A DNA stretch of 49,194 bases, the filler included, from Candidatus Woesearchaeota archaeon (lineage in GTDB: Archaea > Nanobdellota > Nanobdellia > Woesearchaeales > DATGWN01), in the NCBI GenBank assembly GCA_047603125.1. It is 2 parts of 2 records of this genome, joined end to end, with 100 filler letters (N's around TTAATTAATTAA, not from the genome) between each part and the next. Parts side by side here need not be neighbours in the genome. Positions count along the whole stretch, not along the records: positions 24,786 to 49,194 come from JBLKOU010000015.1; 1 more part is not named here. The stretch is one strand, 5' to 3'. Below, piece after piece: positions 37,750-46,533 of this stretch; within the stretch, counting starts at the first letter, position 1, and the number at the start of each line of letters is the position of its first letter. The notes beneath the pieces are model-generated. The model worked only from the letters and a program-made list of their open reading frames with translations, ran no database searches and was not told where the DNA came from. The position numbers and the translations under genes were made by a program.

Positions 37750-38778
37750 CTACGAAGGTTGTCTTGCTCCATTCTCTAAATACTCCAAAAACACATCTAA
37801 ATATTTTTGCTCAAATGTAATCCCGCCAGCTTTTTCATGCCCTCCACCAACAACATCAGGAATGTGTTCTTTTACTGCCGAGAGAAATCCACCCGCATCA
37901 AACTCCAATTCTTCTGGAACACGCATACTTGCAATAATGTTCCCCTTGTATTTATTTAAGACAACAATGGGCTTTTCTTTCATATACCGAGAGCAAATCA
38001 CACCCTGAATATTGCAATCACACTCGATAATTGCATAATCAATATCGCCTAATTGTGAAATTCGATATTTTTTATTATAATGTTGGCGCAAATGCATTTT
38101 ATATCGCTGCAATTCCTCCACGAGGGGATGGCGAGAATAAATAATATCTTCAAATGATTGCACTGATTTGAGCAATGCAAGCGGAACTTCACCATTCCAA
38201 TGCATACGTTTGCCTGTGTTAAACAAGGATACAAAAAGTTCTATCTTATAATATGCATCATTGGAATAACGCGACTGCTTTTTCTCCAAAAGTGAGCCAA
38301 GCAACTCATGTGCGCGAATTTGTAAATCAACGGGCAACTGCTCAAACTTTCCACTATCCCCAAAATATCCTAAGAGCACCAGAAATATCATGTATGAATC
38401 AGTCGTATCTTTGAGCAACTTATCCCAAATAAGAAAAGAACAAGATTGGCACTGTGGATCGTATAAAGAAAGTAACATTTCATCCGCATACTCACAAGGA
38501 TGATGGTCAATGTAAATGACTGTATCTAAATCCAACTCCCGACTTGGCTGAATGTCTGAACAAATGATAATTTGCGCCGCAGGGTCAATTTCATCAATAT
38601 CTTGTTGACGAATTTCAAACACATCCCCTTTTGAGACTGTGCGAACACTCTGGCAGACATCTTTTATCATATGATATAATAATGCCCCACTTGTTACCCC
38701 ATCACAATCCCAATGCGTTGCAATGACGACGCGCTTGTCTTTGACAAGATGAAGAAAATGATCATACTGCGAACTCAT
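37750..38778 (-). CDS. DHH/DHHA1 phosphoesterase (RecJ/NrnA-like)
   Basis: HWDCDG, IDHH, SMR, GGGHEKAGG. Confidence 0.92.
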   Translation of the reverse strand: MSSQYDHFLHLVKDKRVVIATHWDCDGVTSGALLYHMIKDVCQSVRTVSKGDVFEIRQQDIDEIDPAAQIIICSDIQPSRELDLDTVIYIDHHPCEYADEMLLSLYDPQCQSCSFLIWDKLLKDTTDSYMIFLVLLGYFGDSGKFEQLPVDLQIRAHELLGSLLEKKQSRYSNDAYYKIELFVSLFNTGKRMHWNGEVPLALLKSVQSFEDIIYSRHPLVEELQRYKMHLRQHYNKKYRISQLGDIDYAIIECDCNIQGVICSRYMKEKPIVVLNKYKGNIIASMRVPEELEFDAGGFLSAVKEHIPDVVGGGHEKAGGITFEQKYLDVFLEYLENGARQPS

Positions 38779-38898
38779 ACAGTGACAATCCCCTAAACAT
38801 TTAAAAATATTGTGTCAGTCTGTCCAGTGCCGTCACCACTCAAAAATTAAAACAAAACCGTAATATTTAAATACTAGTTGTACTTACTCTCTAGTTAA

Positions 38899-39072
38899 CA
38901 CACACCTGCTGTTTGCGCAGCAAAACCTCTTTGTCCTGTTTGGCTCTGCCAAACGGGTCATATTCACCTCTTTTTCCTGCCCAGGTGAGTCCTCGCGGCT
39001 TATTTGGGCAGGTTTAAAGTCACCTCTCATCCCCACGGGTTGTTTGAAAAGACGACCCGGAAGGGATTTTTC
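38899..39072 (+). ncRNA. Candidate four-hairpin sRNA with anti-SD-like linkers
   Basis: TATTTAAATA upstream, four stems with G-U pairs on the + strand, GAAA tetraloop, 3' T-tract. Confidence 0.7.
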
Positions 39073-39099
39073 TTAAATTCAAAGAATAGAGCTTACAAA

Positions 39100-41022
39100 C
39101 TAGCGTTTTGCACGAGCAGGCCGTTTACGTGGCTTTTTCTTGACAATCACTTTTCTTTGTTTTTTTGCTGATTTACGATATGCTCTTACAATATGAGCGC
39201 TCCCAAAACACAGAAGGGAAAACACTAAGCCCACGATAATACCCAGCAAAAAGAGTGCTTCTTTAGGCAATTCTACGTCATTACGAACCGACATTTGACG
39301 AGAAGTTTGACCTCGTTGAGTTGTCGGTAAATACGGATCTAAATTGGATAATTCAATTGCATATTGTAAATACAGCAAACTTGCAAACGGGTCGTGTTCG
39401 CGAAGTGAAATTCCATATTCATAATAAGAATATCCAATTATAGGAAATGCTCCTTGTTGAAATTGATTGAAAATAATCTGATTAGCAATTGCAATCTTCT
39501 CATCAATAAATTGCGAGACATCCGCATTTAATCCAATAGAGGATAAGAGCACATCCATGGACGCTTTTGCTTTTGAAGCATAAAATAGACATAATTCTAC
39601 ATTTCCTCGTTGTCGTTCTTCTTGAGCACGTTCAAGGTCAGGAAATTCTCTTTGTGAGAAAAATGGGTAAAGCTGCACATAACTCCGTCTTTGAGTCGCC
39701 TCATCAATACGAATTGAACATGATTCACGAAGAGCAGATTGTGAGATTTGTATTGGCTCGCCATGATGTGCAAAAAACTTCGACCACGAGTGAGCACTCA
39801 TATATCGTTCCTGCGCATTAACTAAGCGAAAAAGTTTTTGATAATGATTTGTCATATTCTGCGCACGTTCAAAATGATCCTGCGCCTCGACAACTCGCTC
39901 TTGCACTAACATATATGTTTGCAAATCAGTCATTGTTTGATAATTTCGATCAACAGGAGACTCTGCAAATAGCTCTTGAATTGAATCAGATAACTCATCT
40001 AAATCAGTGTGTAAATTCGCTAAGAATGCAGCATTCAAACCCGCCCCATAACAAAACGATGCAGCAGAGTAAAAAGAACCAGACTGCATTGCAGCCTTGC
40101 TTCGCTCCAGTGAATCTTGAACCGCTTGAAATGTCTGATTCACATCAATAGAAGAATTCGGTAAAACAGTTGCATTTCCAGTAATTTGAATCGAATCAGG
40201 AGCAATCTCTATAATTGTTCCATTATTGTTATACATTATATCAAAAGAATCGACAACTTCTTGCGTTCTCTGACAAAGCTGATTGGCAAGTTCACCCATC
40301 GTTTCGGTATAAAATTCAGGTAATGAAATATCAATGTATGAGAGTGAATACTCTCTTCCTGTTAATTCGGTTAGCACATCATATAAATTTCCAACTTTAA
40401 CGACACGAACACCTAGACTCGCACCATATTGCTCAAAAGATTCTCCATTTTCAGGCGTGGAACTTGTTTGATTTGATTCATTAGTCACATTCATCTGGCG
40501 CAAATCACTCATCGCAATCTCACCAACAGGAATCATCACGGTTCTAATTCTATTATTAGAAGCAGCCTCAATTTTTTCTCGAATACCACCGACGGGGCCT
40601 ACCAAACCACCAGAGTTAACTGTTCCTGTTATAGACATACGTCTATTGACTTGATGACCTTCTAGAGTTGCAACTGTTACAGCCGCAATTGCCGCTCCTG
40701 CACTCGGCCCACCAATAACAGTTGAGCCGCTTCGAATAGTATAAATAAAATCATATTGATTACAATCAACTTGTGTAAATGTACATGCAATCTCTTTTGC
40801 AATCCGTGTTGATATTTGCGTATCGAGTTGTGTGAGTGGATATGTATCAATAAAAACTCTGCCAGAACCTGGAATAATTTCAACGGTTAAATCTGCCACA
40901 CTTCCCACACGCCCATTTTCACTTTCGGCAACTGCTAACAACGGCAAAGTGTTTTGCATTGTTTGTGAATACGCAAAAGGCGCAAGTAATGCAAGACATA
41001 CTATAATAATACCCAATCTCAT
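39100..41022 (-). CDS. Membrane-anchored Lon-like (S16) serine protease
   Basis: Signal peptide, PGSGRVF, GGPSAG, TGTV..G.VGPVGGIREK, C-terminal TM and basic tail; no ATPase domain. Confidence 0.9.
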   Translation of the reverse strand: MRLGIIIVCLALLAPFAYSQTMQNTLPLLAVAESENGRVGSVADLTVEIIPGSGRVFIDTYPLTQLDTQISTRIAKEIACTFTQVDCNQYDFIYTIRSGSTVIGGPSAGAAIAAVTVATLEGHQVNRRMSITGTVNSGGLVGPVGGIREKIEAASNNRIRTVMIPVGEIAMSDLRQMNVTNESNQTSSTPENGESFEQYGASLGVRVVKVGNLYDVLTELTGREYSLSYIDISLPEFYTETMGELANQLCQRTQEVVDSFDIMYNNNGTIIEIAPDSIQITGNATVLPNSSIDVNQTFQAVQDSLERSKAAMQSGSFYSAASFCYGAGLNAAFLANLHTDLDELSDSIQELFAESPVDRNYQTMTDLQTYMLVQERVVEAQDHFERAQNMTNHYQKLFRLVNAQERYMSAHSWSKFFAHHGEPIQISQSALRESCSIRIDEATQRRSYVQLYPFFSQREFPDLERAQEERQRGNVELCLFYASKAKASMDVLLSSIGLNADVSQFIDEKIAIANQIIFNQFQQGAFPIIGYSYYEYGISLREHDPFASLLYLQYAIELSNLDPYLPTTQRGQTSRQMSVRNDVELPKEALFLLGIIVGLVFSLLCFGSAHIVRAYRKSAKKQRKVIVKKKPRKRPARAKR

Positions 41023-41083
41023 AGAAAAGACCAAACAGGCACAACTTATAAATATTCTGGAAGTCAAATTAGTGACAACAGAA

Positions 41084-41181
41084 AATTATAATGCCTTGGC
41101 GCAGAATCAGAATTTCGCGAAGCTCTGCGCCGGAGAAATTCGCAAGATGAACCACTGTTCGAAGATCGCCGCATTATAATT
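41084..41181. ncRNA. CTT-bulge three-way-junction element, copy C
   Basis: AATTATAATGC-CTT-GGCG ... AT-CGCC-GCATTATAATT. Confidence 0.65.
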
Positions 41182-41236
41182 AGAATTCGCCGTTTGGTAC
41201 TAAATGAGAGAGAAAAGCAATATACCTTAATAAAAA

Positions 41237-41989
41237 TCACAACAACCCTTTTTGCCAAGCCTGAATAATAAAACGAGAAATAGTTTGAATATCCGGCTGA
41301 CCTCCTTTTTTGAGTCGGTTTTTTGCAATTGCTAACTCTTCAAGGGCAGAATCTTTATTTTTAAGCGTAACAGAGAAAAACTTTTCAAGCACTTTCCATT
41401 TTTGTTGCTCATGTAATGTATCTAAGATTGTTTGCGCAACTAAATCAATATCTTTGACTCTGTCTGCGTTTTTAGAAGCAATAAGTGCTAATTGCACTGA
41501 ATCTTGCTGATTAATAGGAATAACCCCTGGAGAATCTAAAAGCATCACACGCGAGGAAATACGCACCTTTTGCGCACCTTTTGTTCGACCTGAACGTGAG
41601 CTCATCGGCGCACTTGTTCTGCCTTTCAGTGCATTTATTACACTCGATTTGCCCGTGTTTGGATACCCAACTACACCCACGAGTATTTTTTCTTTTTTGG
41701 ATTTTGCACTTACTGAATAAATCATTTCACGTAAAATTTTTGTTCCGTACCGAAGTCTGCTAGAAACGAACACACAATTTTTCAATCCTTTTACTTTTTT
41801 TTCAAGATAGGACTTTTCTACCAAATCACATTTATTCACACAAATAATAAGACGTTTATTTTGCTGCTCTACAAGTGACTCTACTAATTCATTTCGTGTC
41901 AGGTCTAAAAGTCTTGCGTCAACTACTTCAATTATAATATCCGACTCATCAATGACTTTTCGTAAAACCTGTCCAAAGGATCGTTTCAT
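41237..41989 (-). CDS. Circularly permuted ribosome-biogenesis GTPase (YlqF/RbgA family)
   Basis: DAR, NKCD, GYPNTGKS, DSPG in G4-G1-G3 order. Confidence 0.93.
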   Translation of the reverse strand: MKRSFGQVLRKVIDESDIIIEVVDARLLDLTRNELVESLVEQQNKRLIICVNKCDLVEKSYLEKKVKGLKNCVFVSSRLRYGTKILREMIYSVSAKSKKEKILVGVVGYPNTGKSSVINALKGRTSAPMSSRSGRTKGAQKVRISSRVMLLDSPGVIPINQQDSVQLALIASKNADRVKDIDLVAQTILDTLHEQQKWKVLEKFFSVTLKNKDSALEELAIAKNRLKKGGQPDIQTISRFIIQAWQKGLL

Positions 41990-42017
41990 AGAAGAGAAAA
42001 GAAAAGACTCCTTTATA

Positions 42018-43850
42018 TCACTTTATGTTTTTTAACAACTCCCCGACAATCTTCCCATCAGCACGGCCTTGCGTTTGTGCCATAACTTTGCCCATCAATA
42101 AACCAAATGGCGCATCAGGATGCTCTTTTTTTACCTGCGCAATAATTTGTTTGAGCTGTGATTCATCTAAGAGTCGAAATTGTTCTATTGCTTTTTCTAA
42201 AGAAACTGAGTGTGCCAGTTTTTCAAATATGTCAAGCATACTCGACGGTGCAATCTCTTTTTTTTCTAGTGCCAAAAAGATACGACGATACTGCTCAATG
42301 TCTGGTTGAAAATCCAATTGATATTTTCGCTTTAGAAGTTTGGGTGTTGATTCAATCGTTTCTGCAATAAATGAAGGTTTTATCGTTGAAAATGATTCTA
42401 CACACTGCTCAAAAACATCTGCAGACTCGCCTTTTGCAATCTTTGAAGCTAAGTCAATACTTAAGCCAAGTTTTGTAAATCGCTGAATTTTTTGATCTAT
42501 CATCTCAGGCAATTGTATTTTTGACGTATCCACTTGTATGGGAATCACATCCGTTTCCGGATACATTCTTGCACCACCAGGCATTGGTCGCAAATACGAT
42601 GTTGTTCCATCTTGATTTGCTTTTCGAACTTCTTTTGGTACAGAACCACAAAACAATTCATGTATTCTTTTTTCAATAAATGGTTTAACCCGAGTTAAAA
42701 TAGACAGTGGCGCAACGACAAGAACAAATGCATCCCTTTCTTCAAGCCCAAGTTGTGAGCGTAAAGTTGCTATTATTTTTGTATCAAAGCTATACTTATT
42801 CAGATCCTCATCACTATGAATAATGCCACCCAAACCTACATGAATTTTAAGATAATCAGAAATATCTGTCCCAACACGTTTTTTTGGTTGCAATTCTAAC
42901 CCCAATAATCCTGATGCGTTATGAATCTTAAATCCAAACACACGCTCGTTTCTCTTAAGCGCTTTTTCTATAAATTGACAATCTGTTTTTTCAAATACGG
43001 TACTTACATCTTCTGGCGCATGCACCTTCACATCAGTAAATTGTTTTGGTAAATCTAAAATTGCAAGTTGGCGAATAATTTCATAATCAACTAATGTTGG
43101 CAGCAATTGCAAATCCTGCGCACCCTTAATTTCAACACGATTCCCACCAAGAATTGAAATATTGACATCTTGTCGAATTGTTCCTAAACCCCGTTTCACT
43201 GCCCCAGTACTTCGTAGATACATCCCCAATGTTTGTGCAGCTTGTTGGACTTGTGCAGGTGTTTTCATATCTGGACCGGTTGCAATTTCAATTAATGGAA
43301 TTCCTAAGCGAGATAAATTATACACAACAGTCTGTGGCGTTTCTTTGACGCGCTTACATGCATCTTCTTCTAAGACAACTGATTCAATTCGTATTTGCTC
43401 ACCGCCTTCTAACGTAAGCACACCATCCATTCCAACAAGTGCAGTTCGCTGAAAGCCAGAAGTATTTGACCCATCCACCACTGTTTTTCTCATTACTTGG
43501 ACTTCATCCACAATATCAGATTTTAACATACTTGCAATTTGTACTGCTGTTGTGACTGCCTTTTGATTAACCGGGTGGGGCGGCTCTTCATCAAGTTCCA
43601 CAAGTCCAATTGTATCTGCATACCCTTGGTACGTAAAGGCTTTTTTCTTTTCCATTTCTGCTGCTGCTGCAACATCAATTTCACCCGTCTCACCAACTAC
43701 AGCCCGTAATGTTCGTGTCACTGTATAATCAGGAGTATCGTCTCGAATGATTGTTGGCGAACTACAAAATAATTTTTCTCCATCTAATTGCTGGTGAATT
43801 TCAATTCCACAAATCAGATTCAGTTTTTTATAATCAAGTTCTTTTACCAA
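42018..43850 (-). CDS. gatE: Glu-tRNA(Gln) amidotransferase subunit E
   Basis: GIEIHQQL, RKTVVDGSNTSGFQRT, GLGTIRQDVN, PGGARMYPETD; TTG start after GGAGG. Confidence 0.96.
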   Translation of the reverse strand: MVKELDYKKLNLICGIEIHQQLDGEKLFCSSPTIIRDDTPDYTVTRTLRAVVGETGEIDVAAAAEMEKKKAFTYQGYADTIGLVELDEEPPHPVNQKAVTTAVQIASMLKSDIVDEVQVMRKTVVDGSNTSGFQRTALVGMDGVLTLEGGEQIRIESVVLEEDACKRVKETPQTVVYNLSRLGIPLIEIATGPDMKTPAQVQQAAQTLGMYLRSTGAVKRGLGTIRQDVNISILGGNRVEIKGAQDLQLLPTLVDYEIIRQLAILDLPKQFTDVKVHAPEDVSTVFEKTDCQFIEKALKRNERVFGFKIHNASGLLGLELQPKKRVGTDISDYLKIHVGLGGIIHSDEDLNKYSFDTKIIATLRSQLGLEERDAFVLVVAPLSILTRVKPFIEKRIHELFCGSVPKEVRKANQDGTTSYLRPMPGGARMYPETDVIPIQVDTSKIQLPEMIDQKIQRFTKLGLSIDLASKIAKGESADVFEQCVESFSTIKPSFIAETIESTPKLLKRKYQLDFQPDIEQYRRIFLALEKKEIAPSSMLDIFEKLAHSVSLEKAIEQFRLLDESQLKQIIAQVKKEHPDAPFGLLMGKVMAQTQGRADGKIVGELLKNIK

Positions 43851-45132
43851 TGTACATATCCTCCGATAATTCTTGACTGATTTCATGTGCAACTGCTGTT
43901 TGTAAAATATGTTTTTGCTCGTCTGTTTTTTTGTAGTTTGCTAAAACCCAGCCCAACTTCACATATGCAACTTCAGCAAGCATATCATTTACAAAAACAA
44001 TTCCCATTTTTAATGACATATCCCGTAAGCGTGAATAGACATAGGGATGAACGCGACCATAAATAGTTTGTGTTGCAATAACGACCACCATTTTTTTTGC
44101 AAGCGACTCTAATTTTTTGAGAACTTGCTCAGGAACATGACCAAGTGCTGTTGCACCAATAACTAATCCCTTGTATGTATCATAGGCATTTAAAACAGAC
44201 GCATCCATTCCTGGATATACATGAACAAGTCCAACCTTTTTTTCAAAATCTGCTCTCAAAATTGTTTTTGTATTTTCGAGCTCGGACTGTTTTTGGTAAT
44301 AAGAAGAATCAATAATTTCTATGGATTTTCCTCCAGTAACACGCGCAATTGGTCGTGCATTGACTGGTTGAAATGCATCACGTCTCGACGTATGCATTTT
44401 TCTTACCTTTGTTCCGACAATAAATTGACAAACACCATCGCTTGTTGACTCATGCATACATACCCCGACACATGCACCATCAAAGTTTGCAGCTAGTTGA
44501 ACTGAACTGATAACATTTTCAAACGCATCACTTGAACCCCGATCGATGGAGCGCTGTGCTGCTGTTAAAACGACGGGTTTAGACACATTCTCTAACATAA
44601 AACTTAATGCTGCACTCGTATAATGCAGTGTATCCGTTCCTTGTGTAATAACGACGCCTGCAACGTCCGGATCATTTACATGCGTAATAACTTCTTTTGC
44701 AATTACTTGCCAATCTGTAGGATTCATATCTTCACTCATTTTTTGCATGAGAGAAACAGTCTTGATAGTTGCAATTTTTGCAAGTTCAGGCATCATAGAA
44801 ATAAAATCATTTGCGTCATAATCGGCAACAACACCGCCAGTTCTATAATCAACGCGTGAAGAAATTGTCCCACCACAAGAAATCATCACAACCTTTGGCA
44901 GAGTTTGATCTTGTGATTGTTTTGGTGCTTTTTGAAGACTTGGTTTTCTTTGCTCTAGAACCTTTTTTTCGATAATTGAGCTTGTATCAATGCCAATATT
45001 ATATCCACTTGAGAGTTTGAGAACGAGTATATTCTGATCAAAGATTTGTGCACGGGGCATTAAGATTCCTGTATACGTCTTTTCCCCATCCTTTTTTTTT
45101 GTTCGAATCTGAACAGTATCTCCTGGCTGCAT
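43834..45132 (-). CDS. gatD: Glu-tRNA(Gln) amidotransferase subunit D
   Basis: KLSSGYNIG, GGTISSRVDYRTG, GTDT, QRS.DR.SSD, KMHTSRRDAF. Confidence 0.96.
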   Translation of the reverse strand: MQPGDTVQIRTKKKDGEKTYTGILMPRAQIFDQNILVLKLSSGYNIGIDTSSIIEKKVLEQRKPSLQKAPKQSQDQTLPKVVMISCGGTISSRVDYRTGGVVADYDANDFISMMPELAKIATIKTVSLMQKMSEDMNPTDWQVIAKEVITHVNDPDVAGVVITQGTDTLHYTSAALSFMLENVSKPVVLTAAQRSIDRGSSDAFENVISSVQLAANFDGACVGVCMHESTSDGVCQFIVGTKVRKMHTSRRDAFQPVNARPIARVTGGKSIEIIDSSYYQKQSELENTKTILRADFEKKVGLVHVYPGMDASVLNAYDTYKGLVIGATALGHVPEQVLKKLESLAKKMVVVIATQTIYGRVHPYVYSRLRDMSLKMGIVFVNDMLAEVAYVKLGWVLANYKKTDEQKHILQTAVAHEISQELSEDMYIGKRT

Positions 45133-45155
45133 GAATAGATGCACTGCGAGTTTAT

Positions 45156-45791
45156 TTATAAGTGTTTTGTATGAGAAATTTTTTGTAATATTCGCTCAAT
45201 AAAGTGTGATTTTTTCACCTTTAAATAGGTATATCCATACCATAAAGAAAATAATGACCCAACACTGACAAGAATCATATCTATCATCGTGTCTGTGTTT
45301 CCATGCTGCATTGTATGAATTCCCGTTTCTGTCATGAAAAACTCAAAATATTCCCACAAGGCTCCAATAGTTGTCGCCATACAAAATGCAAACAAAATAA
45401 TCATCCTTGGGCTCAGCACTGAGCGTCCTGAATAATGGGAAACTAAGTACACTATAATAAAGCAAATAAACCCCAAAATCACACCACTAAGTGTGTGAAG
45501 CATCATATCCCACCACCAAAACCGTATATAGGCATCATGCACTTCTCCTAAGACAAGGGAAAGAAAAATAAAAACCGTCCCTGCAAAATCAAGCTCAACA
45601 GGCAGCGTTACTTTGAAATTTCTCTCTAAAAATGCCGGTATAAACGTTAATACCAAAAAGAAAGCGATTAAAAAGGCAGTGTAATAATCTTGTTGGACTA
45701 ATTCCCAGATAAAAAAAACAACAATACAGAATCGCAAGATGTATGAAATGCTCATCTGAATTTTGTCATACGTGTCCAAGCGCTTTTTCAT
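45156..45791 (-). CDS. Membrane protein (DUF2238/YjdF-like)
   Basis: WWWDMMLHTLSG, GALWEYFEF, DTMIDM. Confidence 0.75.
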   Translation of the reverse strand: MKKRLDTYDKIQMSISYILRFCIVVFFIWELVQQDYYTAFLIAFFLVLTFIPAFLERNFKVTLPVELDFAGTVFIFLSLVLGEVHDAYIRFWWWDMMLHTLSGVILGFICFIIVYLVSHYSGRSVLSPRMIILFAFCMATTIGALWEYFEFFMTETGIHTMQHGNTDTMIDMILVSVGSLFSLWYGYTYLKVKKSHFIERILQKISHTKHL

Positions 45792-45942
45792 GAATACTTC
45801 TTATAAAGACGCTTTTATTTAAAAACATAGGGGTTTTTTGGATATTTAAAGAACTTGAATTCTGCTATGAACTTTCAAAATAATGTGACAAATGAAGATA
45901 AAAAGCAATAAATATTTTTTAATCGTAATGAATTTAAAATTA

Positions 45943-46335
45943 TTATTCAGCATTACCACAAGAAAATCTAGAACCATCACATATGCATAAGTGAATAACA
46001 CTACGCTCCACAGGACTAGTTGCTTCTTGCTTTATAGCAAAAACATATGTGGGCTTAAAATCTGATTCCTCACCATACAAACCCCCAAATCTCTGAGAAG
46101 GATTAAAAAAATCTCCGTAAAGCGTAGATTCATAATCACTTTCAAATGATTTAAGCTCTACGAGAGAATCGACTTTTTTGTACTCCAATAAAAAAGTAGG
46201 CCTTATATTTTTTTGCACATCCATGTATCTATCATAGCTTTCTTTACATTGTGTTTCTGGAGATGATTCTGAAATTGAGCTACAACCGTTTAAAAATAAA
46301 ATGCTTAATATAATGGAAAAGTAGATTATTTTCAT
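45943..46335 (-). CDS. Putative lipoprotein
   Basis: Lipobox-like FLNGC after a hydrophobic stretch. Confidence 0.7.
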   Translation of the reverse strand: MKIIYFSIILSILFLNGCSSISESSPETQCKESYDRYMDVQKNIRPTFLLEYKKVDSLVELKSFESDYESTLYGDFFNPSQRFGGLYGEESDFKPTYVFAIKQEATSPVERSVIHLCICDGSRFSCGNAE

Positions 46336-46533
46336 CTCAGACTTCTACTGTTTACAGGCTATATAAACTTTTTGATACAGTTTTATTATTTTTCAATTTT
46401 TTTCTTTATAAAAACCATTCACCATTTTAGCCGCAGTTGGAGAAATCTCTAAAATGGTTCCTAATCCAAAATAATCTGCACCTCTTGTAGCTCACTCGCG
46501 ACATTTTTGATAACAACGAAAAATTAAAAAAAA

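Noticed and set aside
39054..39067. CCCGGAAGGGA resembling SRP RNA helix 8
   Set aside because: Lacks the flanking CAGG and AGCA of the SRP54 site, and the bases fit hairpin 4 better.
46421..46458. ACCATTTTAG/CTAAAATGGT hairpin downstream of cdc48
   Set aside because: Single simple hairpin, with no family features and no second copy.
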